64,000 nt of DNA from Candidatus Cloacimonadota bacterium (lineage in GTDB: Bacteria; Cloacimonadota; Cloacimonadia; G963667145): NCBI GenBank assembly GCA_963667255.1, contig OY762940.1, forward strand, positions 960,001-1,024,000. The letters run 5' to 3'. The notes under the pieces were generated by a model. The model was given only the letters and a program-made list of their open reading frames with translations, ran no database searches and was not told the DNA's origin. The number at the start of each line of letters is the position of its first letter. Position 1 is the first letter of the stretch. Below, piece by piece: positions 8,668-19,049 of the stretch. The translations under genes and the position numbers were made by a program.

Positions 8668-11303
8668 TGGAAAAGTCTTATAACCCCAAGGATATTGAGA
8701 AGAGATGGTATGAGATTTGGCAGAAGAATGGATATTTTTCGCCTAAACCTGATAAGAGCAAAAAGCCGTTTACTATCTTGATGCCTCCGCCCAATGTGAC
8801 GGGTGTTTTGCATATGGGGCATGTCCTGAACAACACACTGCAAGATATTTTAATTCGCTACAAACGAATGGACGGTTTCAACGCTCTGTGGGTGCCGGGA
8901 ACTGACCATGCGGGGATTGCCACTCAAAATATGGTGGAAAAAGATTTGGCGAAAGAGGGCAAGAACCGTTTTGATTTGGGTAGAGAAAAACTTGTGGAGA
9001 GGATTTGGAAGTGGAAGGAGGACAAAGGCGGAATAATCTTGGAGCAATTGAAACAGCTCGGTTGCTCGTGCGATTGGTCTCGCTTGCGATTTACTATGGA
9101 CGAGGGTCTCTCCGAGGCTGTGAAAGAGGTTTTCATTCGGCTTTATGAAAAGGGCTTGATTTATAAAGGGAAGAGGATTATAAACTGGTGTCCTCGTTGC
9201 ACTACGGCGTTGGCGAACGATGAAGTTGAGCATGAGGAAGAGGCTTCCAAATTATACGAAGTTTATTATCCATTGGCTGATGGCAGTGGCAGAGTGACCA
9301 TAGCTACCACCAGACCAGAGACGATGATGGCGGATGTTGCTATCGCTGTAAATCCAAACGATGAGCGATACAAAGATTTGATTGGCAAGGAAGTTGTGTT
9401 GCCGATAGTTCACAAAAATATTCCGATTATTGCCGACGAATATGTCGATATGTCTTTTGGAACGGGTTGTCTCAAGATTACACCTGCTCACGATCCCAAC
9501 GATTTTGAAATCGGACAAAAGCACAATTTGGATTTTGTGAGCATTATCGATGAATGTGGAAATATGACTGCGGATGCGGGTAAAGAGTTTGCAGGGTTGA
9601 GCAGAGAAGAGGCGAGAGACAAGGTTTTGGAGATGCTCAAGGACGAGGGTGTTTTTTGCAGTGAAAAAGATTATCCGCACACAGTCGGGAAATGTTATCG
9701 CTGTGGCACGATTATTGAGCCGTTTTTGTCTGACCAATGGTTTGTGAGCATGGAGCCGTTGGCTGAGCCTGCTATCGAGAAGGTAAAGAGTGGGGAGATA
9801 GATTTTCAGCCGAGCAGATGGACGAAAGTTTATTTGCACTGGATGGAGAATGTTCGCGACTGGTGTATCTCTCGACAAATATGGTGGGGACACAGGATTC
9901 CCGCTTACTATTGTGAAGATTGCGGGAAGTTGGTAGTTGCCAAATCTGTTCCCGATGAATGTTCGGCTTGCGGGTGCAAAAAATTTACGCAAGATGAAGA
10001 TGTTTTGGACACTTGGTTTTCATCAGCTTTGTGGCCATTTTCTACTCTCGGTTGGCCTGAGGACAGCGAAGATTTGCAATACTATTTGCCGACCGGCACT
10101 TTGATTACCGCTCCTGAGATTATTTACCTTTGGGTTGCCAGAATGATAATGACAACTTTGGAGTTCAAGAAGGTTGTTCCGTTCGACACGGTGTTGCTGC
10201 ATGGCATAGTTCGTGATGAGATTGGGCAAAAGATGAGCAAGTCGCTCGGCAACTCTCCCAATCCACTTGATTTGATAGAGCAGGTTGGAGCGGACGCTTT
10301 GCGTTTTGCGATAGTGTATCACACTCCCAAGGGCGAGGACAGCTATTACTCGGACAAGATTTTGGAGACAGGACGGAATTTTACCAATAAGCTCTGGAAC
10401 GCAACTCGCTATATTTTGCAGGGGATAGAGCAATCTCCGTCCAAAAACAACCTGCAACTTGAGTTAGCCGACAAATGGATTTTGGGTAGGTTCAATCAGG
10501 TTTTGGAGCTTGTTCGTTACAACTACGAGAAGTTGCGATTTAATGATGTTGCCGCTTCGATGCTCGATTTTGTGTGGAAAGAGTTTTGTTCGTGGTATTT
10601 GGAGTTATCCAAAGAGAGAATTTATGGTCAGGTCGCTACACGCAAAAATACCGCTCAATTTGTTCTGTTGCAGATTATGCAAGGTTCGATGAGGATGTTG
10701 CACCCGATAATGCCGTTTATTACTGAGGAGATTTTCGAGAGAATCAGACCGTTTATGAGTGACGATTTGGAAGAGTCTATTACGATTTCCGAATTTCCAA
10801 AAGTAGATAACAGCTTGATAGATGAGGCTATTATCAAAGGTATGAGTTTGATTCAGGGGAGCATTACCACGATTAGAAATTTGAAAAAGCAGGTCAATCT
10901 CTCTCCGGGGAAAGAGGTCAAAGTTTATATAAAGGTTTCCGAAAATGAGAAGGTCTCGCTTTTTGAGGAGTATAAGCAATATTTGCAATCTTTGGCAAAT
11001 TGTTCGGAGTTGGTGGTGGCAGTTGATATGGAGAAGCCGGCACACTCTATAGCCGGAGTGATGGAAGGCGTGGAGATTTATTTGCCACTTGCAGGGATGG
11101 TCGATTTGCAAGCGGAAAGGGAAAAATTGCAAAAGCAACTCGTCAAACTGGAGAAGGAGTTCAAGGTGATTTCGGGCAAGTTGAACAACGAGAAGTTTGT
11201 TAATTCTGCACCTGCGGAGATAGTCGCCAAAGAGAAAGAGAAATACGACGAAGTGAAAGGGAAGATGGACAAAGTCGAGGAACTCTTGCAAGGGCTGGAG
11301 TAG
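8667..11303 (+). CDS. valS: Valine--tRNA ligase
   Basis: PPPNVTGVLHMGH, DWCISRQIWWGH, KMSKS, C-terminal coiled coil. Confidence 0.98.
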   Translation: MEKSYNPKDIEKRWYEIWQKNGYFSPKPDKSKKPFTILMPPPNVTGVLHMGHVLNNTLQDILIRYKRMDGFNALWVPGTDHAGIATQNMVEKDLAKEGKNRFDLGREKLVERIWKWKEDKGGIILEQLKQLGCSCDWSRLRFTMDEGLSEAVKEVFIRLYEKGLIYKGKRIINWCPRCTTALANDEVEHEEEASKLYEVYYPLADGSGRVTIATTRPETMMADVAIAVNPNDERYKDLIGKEVVLPIVHKNIPIIADEYVDMSFGTGCLKITPAHDPNDFEIGQKHNLDFVSIIDECGNMTADAGKEFAGLSREEARDKVLEMLKDEGVFCSEKDYPHTVGKCYRCGTIIEPFLSDQWFVSMEPLAEPAIEKVKSGEIDFQPSRWTKVYLHWMENVRDWCISRQIWWGHRIPAYYCEDCGKLVVAKSVPDECSACGCKKFTQDEDVLDTWFSSALWPFSTLGWPEDSEDLQYYLPTGTLITAPEIIYLWVARMIMTTLEFKKVVPFDTVLLHGIVRDEIGQKMSKSLGNSPNPLDLIEQVGADALRFAIVYHTPKGEDSYYSDKILETGRNFTNKLWNATRYILQGIEQSPSKNNLQLELADKWILGRFNQVLELVRYNYEKLRFNDVAASMLDFVWKEFCSWYLELSKERIYGQVATRKNTAQFVLLQIMQGSMRMLHPIMPFITEEIFERIRPFMSDDLEESITISEFPKVDNSLIDEAIIKGMSLIQGSITTIRNLKKQVNLSPGKEVKVYIKVSENEKVSLFEEYKQYLQSLANCSELVVAVDMEKPAHSIAGVMEGVEIYLPLAGMVDLQAEREKLQKQLVKLEKEFKVISGKLNNEKFVNSAPAEIVAKEKEKYDEVKGKMDKVEELLQGLE

Positions 11304-12476
11304 AGAAATTATTTTTTATTTGGTGGAGTTTTAATGATTTTAAAGCATAAAGATATTGATATACCCTCAAAAAATCCTTTTTTAAATTGTAAATTGGATA
11401 GAGAAAAGTATGCTAAATCACTGACTTCTGTTATTGAAACCTATGCCGATGGATTTGTTTTGGCTGTTGATAATAAATGGGGTGCTGGTAAAACAACTTT
11501 CATCAAGATGTGGAAAAAGTATCTTGAAAAAGAGTTCAAAACTTTGTATTTTAATGCTTGGGAAAATGATGCAGAGGGAGAAGCTTTACCAGCTCTTTTA
11601 GCTGAACTATCCTCTCTTGATACTGACGGGGAAAATAAAAAAGATTTTGAGAATGTAAAAAATATAGCTGTAAAGCTTTTCAAAAGAGCTATTCCTTTGC
11701 TTGTTAAATCACTAGCAAAAAAATATCTTGATAATGAAGAATTTTCTAAGATTTTCGGAGAAGCTGCAGAAGATTTTTTATCTGAACAAATTTCTGAATA
11801 CAACGATAAAAAAGAAAATTTGGAAGAATTTAAAGAAAAGTTGGGTGGATACGTTAAGGAGATTGGTGGGAATAAGCCTATTGTATTTTTTATTGATGAG
11901 TTAGATAGATGTCGTCCTAATTATGCGATAGAAGTTTTAGAAAAAATTAAGCATTTTTTTGAAGTTCCCGGTATTGTTTTTGTGCTATCAATTGATAAAG
12001 AGCAGTTGGGTCATGCTGTTTGTGGATACTATGGAAGTGATAAGATTGACTCTGATGAGTATCTACGCAGATTTATAGATTTGGAATTTTCCTTGCCTAA
12101 ACCCGATAAAGATAAGTGGGTTGATTATTTATTTGACTATTTTAGCATAAACGAATATTTACAACAAAACGATATTGGAATATTTATAAATAGATTTTTA
12201 AATTATAAAAATTTACCTCTGCGTGTTGAAGAAAAAATTCTTTCACGACTCAGTATTGTTTTAAAATCATTGGGTAAAAATCGACATAATTATCCTTCTG
12301 TGGTCTTTTTTTTACTTTATCTTAAACACTTTTATAATGATTTATATATTGAAATAGTTGAAGGTAAGCTTACATTGCAAGAATTGGTTGATAAAATTGA
12401 AGATAACAAATTAGAATTTGCAAATATTCATAATAATACCTCGTCCTGAAAAAAGTGGACTCTATTTGGAGGAAAC

Positions 12477-12863
12477 TTGGACAAAAGAGAGAAAACTTTT
12501 AGATATTCAAAAGCTTTCAGAAATGAGGTTCTAAAGAATGTCAAAAACAAAAAATTGACGGTTTTGGAAGCGGGTAAATATTATGGAGTGGGATTTCCAA
12601 CTATTTATCGATGGTTGAAAAAAGCTAATTATGACACGCCCTGTAAGGAGGTAATTTTTGTGAAACTATCAGATCAGCACTCTGCTTTGCAAGAGATTGA
12701 GGAATTAAAAAAAGAGAATCGTGCTTTAAAAGAGGCTGTGAGCAAGTTAACGCTCGATAAATTGTGCCTTGAAAAGTGTGTAGAAATTGGTGAGCGGGAC
12801 TTTGGTATGGAATTAAAAAAAAAGCCCGAAGTACAGGAATTGAGGAAATCAGGCAGAAAATAG
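12477..12863 (+). CDS. IS3 OrfA (HTH plus leucine zipper)
   Basis: YSKAFR...TIYRW HTH, coiled coil, A9G slippery run at 12815-12824. Confidence 0.88.
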   Translation: MDKREKTFRYSKAFRNEVLKNVKNKKLTVLEAGKYYGVGFPTIYRWLKKANYDTPCKEVIFVKLSDQHSALQEIEELKKENRALKEAVSKLTLDKLCLEKCVEIGERDFGMELKKKPEVQELRKSGRK

Positions 12864-13708
12864 TGGAGAAAAAGTTCCCTTTCAAAATGAATTCAGTTTG
12901 TCAATGGTTTGGGATTAGTAAATCAGGTTTTTATAAAAAGAAGAAGCACATCGAAAAATCAAAGAAATTTGAAGATGAGATTTGCTTGCATATAAATGCG
13001 TTACGCAAATTTGGACTTATGTGTGGAGCAAGAAAAACCAAGATTCATTTAAAGGAAGATTTTGATATTATTGTGGGTCGAGATAAATTGTTTGATATTA
13101 TGAGGGGAAACGATTTACAAAGTAAATTTATTCGGAAAAAGGTTCAGCATTCCAGTGGTGTTAAGCAAATTTTTGATAATATGTTAACCGATGAATTTAA
13201 AAAATCAGTTACAAAATTTGGGCAAGTAATCGTGACAGATATTACTTATATTAAACTGCCTGATAATAAGTTCTGTTACGTTAGTTTGGTTACGGATTTG
13301 GCTACCAGAAAAATTTTGGGTTATAATGTGGCTCAAACTCTTTTGGCTGAAGAGTCGGTTAAGGTTATGCGGAAGACATTGAAAAAATATAAGTTGCCTA
13401 AAGATTGCATACATCATAGTGACAAAGGAGTGCAATATACAAGCAAATTATACACTGATTTTTTGAAGAAAAATAATTTTAGAATAAGTATGACAGGCTC
13501 AGGAAAATGTTACGATAATGCTTGTGCAGAGCGAGTTTTTAATACTTTGAAGAACGAATTTGGTTTTAATGCTGTTTTTTCAAGTTTGAAGGAAGTGCGA
13601 AGAGAGTTGAAGAATTTTGTTGATATTTATAACAATAGACGATATCATATGAGTTTGGATTATAGAACACCACAAAGTGTGTTTTTGGAGATGCAGAAAG
13701 CTGCATAA
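12863..13708 (+). CDS. IS3 OrfB DDE transposase (-1 frame relative to OrfA)
   Basis: TDITYI, HHSDKGVQY, CYDNACAERVFNTLKNE, YNNRRYHMSLDYRTP. Confidence 0.93.
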   Translation: MEKKFPFKMNSVCQWFGISKSGFYKKKKHIEKSKKFEDEICLHINALRKFGLMCGARKTKIHLKEDFDIIVGRDKLFDIMRGNDLQSKFIRKKVQHSSGVKQIFDNMLTDEFKKSVTKFGQVIVTDITYIKLPDNKFCYVSLVTDLATRKILGYNVAQTLLAEESVKVMRKTLKKYKLPKDCIHHSDKGVQYTSKLYTDFLKKNNFRISMTGSGKCYDNACAERVFNTLKNEFGFNAVFSSLKEVRRELKNFVDIYNNRRYHMSLDYRTPQSVFLEMQKAA

Positions 13709-13998
13709 TTAATAAAAAACTGAGTCCACTATTTTAGGACTGGACATAATTATGATATTAGAGTTTTTGTTTTTGTTGAAGCTTGTTTAGTTGCCCTTTA
13801 TTTTAATGAGTTTGATTTAGATTTTTCACTCATTGATAATCTTGATTCTAAATTAGAATCTAATTTTTTAAATGAAAAAAGGCTAACATCTCTTATAAAA
13901 AATCTTATTAAAGAATTTTTAAATCTTAAGACATTTGTAGAGAGGATAGATTTTGTGTATGGTTTAAATATTGATAACTAATTATTTGAAAATTTAAA

Positions 13999-14772
13999 AT
14001 GAATTTAAATAAAAATATGAAAACTAATTTTAAACTTCCCCGTATTTATTTGTATTTGTTTGTCTATCTTTCTATCTCTCTTTGGGGATTTGTGTGGTAT
14101 CGCAATCTCAAAAAGCGCCGCTTATTTTTCATCAAAACCACTTCCAAATGGGCAAGGTTTGCTTTAAAATTTATGAACTTCGAGGTAGAGGTTGTCGGGC
14201 AAGAGAATGTCCCAGAATTTGGCGGGAATTTCTTCGTTTGCAATCATTTATCTTATTTGGATATTCCCATTATTGCCTCTGTGGTTCCGACTCTTTTCAT
14301 CACTTCCGTTGATTTGAAAATCCATTTATTTCAAGCGTTAATAGCAACCATGGGCGGGAGCTTATTCATCGAGAGGCGAAACAAAACAAGGTTGCTTGCG
14401 GACATTCAGGCTACAAAAAATGTTTTGGACAGTGGACTTCCGATTTTGCTTTTCCCCGAAGGGACGACTTCCGATGGTGTTACCGTGAAAAATTTCAAGG
14501 CTTCTATGTTTGAATCGGCTGTAGATACTCGGGTAGTCCCGATTTGCATCAAATATTTGCAAGTCAACGGTCAGAGCGTTGATGACACCAATAAACAATC
14601 TCTTTACTATTACGGCAAAGTCCGCTTTATCAATCATTTCAAGGGTTTGGTCAATATCAACAATGTCAAGGCTCGTATCAGCTTTTTGCCTGCAATAGAC
14701 GGACATATCAATCGGAAAACGAGTTGTAGCTATTGCCGAGAAAAAATTTTACACGAATATTTGGCAAATTAG
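13999..14772 (+). CDS. Lysophospholipid acyltransferase (PlsC-like)
   Basis: NHLSYLD and FPEGT motifs. Confidence 0.88.
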   Translation: MNLNKNMKTNFKLPRIYLYLFVYLSISLWGFVWYRNLKKRRLFFIKTTSKWARFALKFMNFEVEVVGQENVPEFGGNFFVCNHLSYLDIPIIASVVPTLFITSVDLKIHLFQALIATMGGSLFIERRNKTRLLADIQATKNVLDSGLPILLFPEGTTSDGVTVKNFKASMFESAVDTRVVPICIKYLQVNGQSVDDTNKQSLYYYGKVRFINHFKGLVNINNVKARISFLPAIDGHINRKTSCSYCREKILHEYLAN

Positions 14773-14777
14773 CTTTG

Positions 14778-15128
14778 CTAAAAGAAATTTTTCAGATGTT
14801 GAATTGAATATTTTTTTAACTGCTTTTCATAAGTGATTGCAAGCAAATCAAATCGCAGGGGATGGTTTTCAAATTGCGGATTTTGTTCCAGAAATTCTTG
14901 GGCGGTCAGCTTTATCTTTTCAGCCTTCTTGTAGTCAACGCTCTCGATGGCAGTCATGATGTTTTTTGCCCTGTAACGCACCTCCACGAAACACAGACAG
15001 TCCTCATCAATGGCGATAATATCTATCTCCCCTTGTCGTGTAAAGAAGTTGCTGGAGACAAGCGTAATCCCCTTATCTTCTAGAAAATTTCTTGCAATTT
15101 TTTCGTATTTTGCACCCTTGTCATTCAT
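14778..15128 (-). CDS. yraN: YraN (UPF0102) family nuclease-fold protein
   Basis: KGAKYE...GEIDIIA...FVEVRYR...RFDL. Likely ATG at 15128. Confidence 0.88.
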   Translation of the reverse strand: MNDKGAKYEKIARNFLEDKGITLVSSNFFTRQGEIDIIAIDEDCLCFVEVRYRAKNIMTAIESVDYKKAEKIKLTAQEFLEQNPQFENHPLRFDLLAITYEKQLKKYSIQHLKNFF

Positions 15129-15184
15129 GGAAATTAGAGTTGAGTTGGACTCGGAAGAGGTCAAGGAATTTGATGAAGAAAGAT

Positions 15185-17470
15185 ATGACAGCTGAGCGAT
15201 ATTGGGAAAAGGCTTTAGATTTTGGGAAATTGAAAGCGTTAATCGAAAAGCGAATCCATAGTCAAATCGGCAAGTTGCACTTTGGCGAATTAGCTCCGTT
15301 GGGCAAAAGCGAATTAATCGTTGCTCGGCAGTCTTTTATTTCACAAATTTGTTCCTATATTTCCGCAGTGAGCAGAGCAAGATTTGACGGGTTGGAAGAT
15401 GCCTCCAAACTGTTGGAACGCCCGCAGGTGCTGAATTTCGAGCAATTGCAGAGAATTAAGCAAATTTGTGTTTTATCCGCAAGGCTGACAGATGAGTGGG
15501 AGCACTTGGAAGAGTTGGAGAAAGCGGATATTTTGCTTGTGGGAGAGGAGATTGTTCAGCTCTCCAAACTGCAATTTATCACGGATAAATTCAATCGCAT
15601 TTTTGATAATCACGGCAATGTGAGGGAGTCCGCCAGCAAGAAATTGACAGGGATTTGTTCTCATAAAAGGTCGCTAACTTCCCAGATTAACAGCTACTTG
15701 GAGCAGGCTTACATAAATTCCGACCAAGATTTCGTGGCTTATCAAGATGGTCGGATTTTGCTCTTGGCTTCCGCTTCGGACAGAGTGAATGGAATCGTGC
15801 ATGGTCGTAGTGGTAGCAAGGCTTCCGTCTATGTTGAGCCGCAGGAGATAGTCGGTCAAAACAACTCTTTGCAAGATTTGAGAAGTCAGGAGTTGCGGGA
15901 AATCAATCGAATTTTGGAGGAATTTTGCAAGGAGATTTTCGATTTGCGGTTTGAGATTCTCTCTAATCAAAACATTTTGGCGAAATTGGATTTCTATTTT
16001 GGACTGGGAGAGTTTAGCATTGAGTTGGGTTGCAGAGCTGTGGAGATAGCGGAGCAACCGATTTTGGATTTCAAGAACGCTTATCATCCTTTGCTAAAAA
16101 TGGATTTAGGGCAAAAATGCATTCCGTTTTGTGCGGAGATTGGACAAGAAAATTGTTCATACTTGGTAGTTTCCGGAGCTAATGCCGGTGGGAAAACAAT
16201 TTTTTTGAAAAGTGTCGGGCTTTTGGCTTTGATGGTTAATTGTGGTTTGCTTATTCCCGCTGATTCCGATTCCAAGGTCGGAGTTTTCCGCAAGTTTTTT
16301 GTGGGCATTGGTGATATGCAATCGCTTGATAATCAACTGTCTTCGTTCTCAGGATATATGCTCAATCTGAAAAAAACACTCCAATACAGTGGAGCAGGTT
16401 CTTTGGTTTTGTTCGACGAGCTTGGCTCTTACACCGATCCTGACCAAGGGTTCGCTTTGGGAGCTGCGAGTTTGGAGTCGCTCTGTGTCAACGGTAGTGT
16501 TGGCGTTATTACCACTCATCTGAACAAGCTGAAACTTTTCGCCCACAATAGCGACAATTGTCAAAACGCTTCCATGAGTTTTGATAGCTCTACTCACTTA
16601 CCGACATTTCATTTGCAGATAGGCTCTCCTGCGGATAGTCACGCTTTGGAATTGGCTACTAATCTCCATTTTTCGCCGTCTATCTTGAAGCGAGCGAGGG
16701 AATTATTGGATGATGAGAGTTTGCTGTTTTCCAATTTGTTGTCCGAATTGGGCAAGGAGAAGAGTTCTTGGCAACTAAAAAATGAGAAGCTGTCCAAAAC
16801 ATTGCAAGAGTCGGAAAAGCTGATGAAAGACTATTTGGCGAAGTTGGACTATTTCAAGCGAAACGAGAAAAAAATTCACAAAGAACAGTTGGCTAAAGTT
16901 AAAAGCCATTTTGAAAATTTGCAGAAAGAGTTCAGTTTGAAATTGGCTGAAGCCAAGAAGAACAATCGATTTGACAAGCTGGTCGATAAATCGGCAGATA
17001 TAGTTAGGCGACTTCAGGAGCAGGAGTTTAGCGAAGAGCGAAGTCTGAGCGAAGTTCAAGTTGGGGATGTGGTTTTCGTTAAATCGTTTGCTGACAACGG
17101 CAAAGTGGTTTCTGTCGATGGAGAACAGATTAAGGTGGAGATTGGCAGGCTGCTTGTTTCGTGCAAATTGCCAGAGCTGTATTTGGCAAGAGGGAAGAAG
17201 CGAGAGAATGCTCCGCAAAGACAAAGGGTTATCTTGTCCCAAGCTAAAAGAGAGTTAAATTTGTTGGGCAAAACTTTCTTGGAGGCTCAAGCCGAGATTG
17301 ACAATTTTATCGATGATGCACTCTTGTCTGGCTTGGAGTTCGTGCGGATTGTTCACGGCAAAGGCGTGTTAGCCGGCAAGGTCAGAGACTATTTGCATTC
17401 CAAAAAAATAGAATACACCGTCCCCGAGGAAAAATTCGGTGGAGACGGTGTAAGCGAAGTTAATCTTTAA
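15185..17470 (+). CDS. mutS2: MutS2 with C-terminal Smr domain
   Basis: SGANAGGKT, LSSFS, DELGSYTDP, TTH and IVHGKG motifs. Likely ATG at 15185. Confidence 0.9.
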   Translation: MTAERYWEKALDFGKLKALIEKRIHSQIGKLHFGELAPLGKSELIVARQSFISQICSYISAVSRARFDGLEDASKLLERPQVLNFEQLQRIKQICVLSARLTDEWEHLEELEKADILLVGEEIVQLSKLQFITDKFNRIFDNHGNVRESASKKLTGICSHKRSLTSQINSYLEQAYINSDQDFVAYQDGRILLLASASDRVNGIVHGRSGSKASVYVEPQEIVGQNNSLQDLRSQELREINRILEEFCKEIFDLRFEILSNQNILAKLDFYFGLGEFSIELGCRAVEIAEQPILDFKNAYHPLLKMDLGQKCIPFCAEIGQENCSYLVVSGANAGGKTIFLKSVGLLALMVNCGLLIPADSDSKVGVFRKFFVGIGDMQSLDNQLSSFSGYMLNLKKTLQYSGAGSLVLFDELGSYTDPDQGFALGAASLESLCVNGSVGVITTHLNKLKLFAHNSDNCQNASMSFDSSTHLPTFHLQIGSPADSHALELATNLHFSPSILKRARELLDDESLLFSNLLSELGKEKSSWQLKNEKLSKTLQESEKLMKDYLAKLDYFKRNEKKIHKEQLAKVKSHFENLQKEFSLKLAEAKKNNRFDKLVDKSADIVRRLQEQEFSEERSLSEVQVGDVVFVKSFADNGKVVSVDGEQIKVEIGRLLVSCKLPELYLARGKKRENAPQRQRVILSQAKRELNLLGKTFLEAQAEIDNFIDDALLSGLEFVRIVHGKGVLAGKVRDYLHSKKIEYTVPEEKFGGDGVSEVNL

Positions 17471-17937
17471 AACTGAAATTCATTTTCCCAATCGAAATTT
17501 GCTGAATCTTCGTAACATTTTGGCCAGTGACGACACCATTGTGGCAGCTCAACATTTTTTATTCTGTCCAAGCTTGGATGATAAGGTTTGATGTCTATTA
17601 CAGGTGTGTTGTTTTCGGCATCTATGTATGGGAAATTAATTACACCGTTTTCATGGTCAACATTGAAGACATAAATTGGAGTAAGAGCGATAGGATTTGG
17701 ACGAAACGGTGACCTAGTGGCAAAAACTCCCAATATGTTAGGAGATTTTTTGTAAGGCGATTTTTCAATAAGATTGTCCCTGTCTTTTTCAGCACATCTG
17801 TTTGCCCACCAAAAAATATTTAGATAGCTAAATCCTTCTATATTGGTAAGACCTTCTCTGTATTCCGGCTTAATTAAAATAGAATACTTCCCGTTTTCAA
17901 CTCTAATGTTGCCTATAGTTTTTACTTCGAAATTCAT
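17467..17937 (-). CDS. trmO: TrmO/TsaA-family tRNA methyltransferase
   Basis: GVFATRSPFRPNPI and TPVIDIKPY motifs. Confidence 0.85.
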   Translation of the reverse strand: MNFEVKTIGNIRVENGKYSILIKPEYREGLTNIEGFSYLNIFWWANRCAEKDRDNLIEKSPYKKSPNILGVFATRSPFRPNPIALTPIYVFNVDHENGVINFPYIDAENNTPVIDIKPYHPSLDRIKNVELPQWCRHWPKCYEDSANFDWENEFQF

Positions 17938-18107
17938 TTTTTCTCCTTATTATTTGAAGTAGGATGCAGCTGCCTAATTTGAATATTCGTTGATATGCTT
18001 ATACTATCTAATACTTTGTCAAGCAATAAGTTAAAGTGTAGCAAAAATTTGGTATATCATTATGAAGTTTCAATAATTTAGAAAGAGAGGGGGTTTGAAA
18101 GTTTAGA

Positions 18108-19049
18108 TTATGATTTCAGCTCAATAGGGTTTTGGGTTTTGTAGCTCATAAACTTCGCGAATATCGGCAACGAAAAACTCCACGGAATTTCGGAGAGCAG
18201 GAGCACTAATTGCACATCTGAGGAGAAAAATCTATTGGCGACGATGATGATGATGCCGTTGTTCATACAGCCAATCATCATGCAGTTGGTCAGGCGTTCT
18301 CGGAGTTCGGATGACGGTATATAATAGCCGACCGCAAAGCGAAGGATGAAAACTAAAATCATCGTAATCAGAGCGATATAGGTTTGTTGAGCGGAAAAAC
18401 TATTAATCAGAAAATCACGATTGCCGGCGATAATAGCGGCGATAAATACAGTGATGAGCAGAGTGCCGACGAAACTGGAATTTTTGGCTGTGAAGTCCGA
18501 GGCTTTGCGAAAGTATTTTTTGAAAATAAAAGCGAGCGTCGCAGGGATGAGTATCATTTTCGTGAGAAAAAGGCTCATCTCTAAAATGGAGAAATCGACT
18601 TTTGAACCGAAGAGAAAAACAATCAGATAGGGTAGGAAGACGGGCAAAATGATGGAAGAGATGATGACATAGACACTCGTCCACAAGATGCGTAAGTTAT
18701 ACATTCCAGCGATTAGCGGAGACATCATAGCTCCCGGAGCGGCGGCTACCATCGTTACGCCTAGAGCGATGGGCAATGGCAACCAAAATGTGAGTCCAAA
18801 CACCACGAAAGGCAAGAGGAGCATAGAGGCTACGCTGAGGATGACGATTCTGTGAATGTTGGCTTTCAGATGAGAAAATTCGTCGAAATCAATTTTCAGA
18901 CACCCCAAAAATAGAGCAATCATAAGAAATTTGTCGATGTATTCTTGCAGAGGAGCCAGCAGATGCGGCAGGATGAAAGCAATTGCGACCATGAAAATCA
19001 GAATAGTTCCAAAGTGGGTTTCGATATATTTCAGGACAGATTTTATCAT
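18108..19049 (-). CDS. Bile acid:Na+ symporter (BASS) family transporter
   Basis: About 9-10 TM segments, AAPGA motif. Confidence 0.75.
   Translation of the reverse strand: MIKSVLKYIETHFGTILIFMVAIAFILPHLLAPLQEYIDKFLMIALFLGCLKIDFDEFSHLKANIHRIVILSVASMLLLPFVVFGLTFWLPLPIALGVTMVAAAPGAMMSPLIAGMYNLRILWTSVYVIISSIILPVFLPYLIVFLFGSKVDFSILEMSLFLTKMILIPATLAFIFKKYFRKASDFTAKNSSFVGTLLITVFIAAIIAGNRDFLINSFSAQQTYIALITMILVFILRFAVGYYIPSSELRERLTNCMMIGCMNNGIIIIVANRFFSSDVQLVLLLSEIPWSFSLPIFAKFMSYKTQNPIELKS

Larger units (their letters stand above)
12437..13746 (+). mobile_element. IS3-family insertion sequence
   Basis: Imperfect terminal IRs TACCTCGTCCTGAAAAAAGTGGACTC / GAGTCCACTATTTTAGGACTGGACA, 3-bp target duplication TAA, orfA/orfB layout. 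Confidence 0.92.
11334..13981 (+). pseudogene. KAP-family P-loop NTPase interrupted by IS3
   Basis: WGAGKT, FNAWEND and FIDELDRCRP motifs. Removing the IS and one TAA copy restores the frame (…IHNNYDIRVF…NIDN*) to the stop at 13979-13981. Confidence 0.88.

Noticed and set aside
15092..15184. Apparent overlap between mutS2 and yraN
   Set aside because: An artefact of longest-ORF starts. The likely ATGs at 15128 (-) and 15185 (+) leave a short divergent gap.
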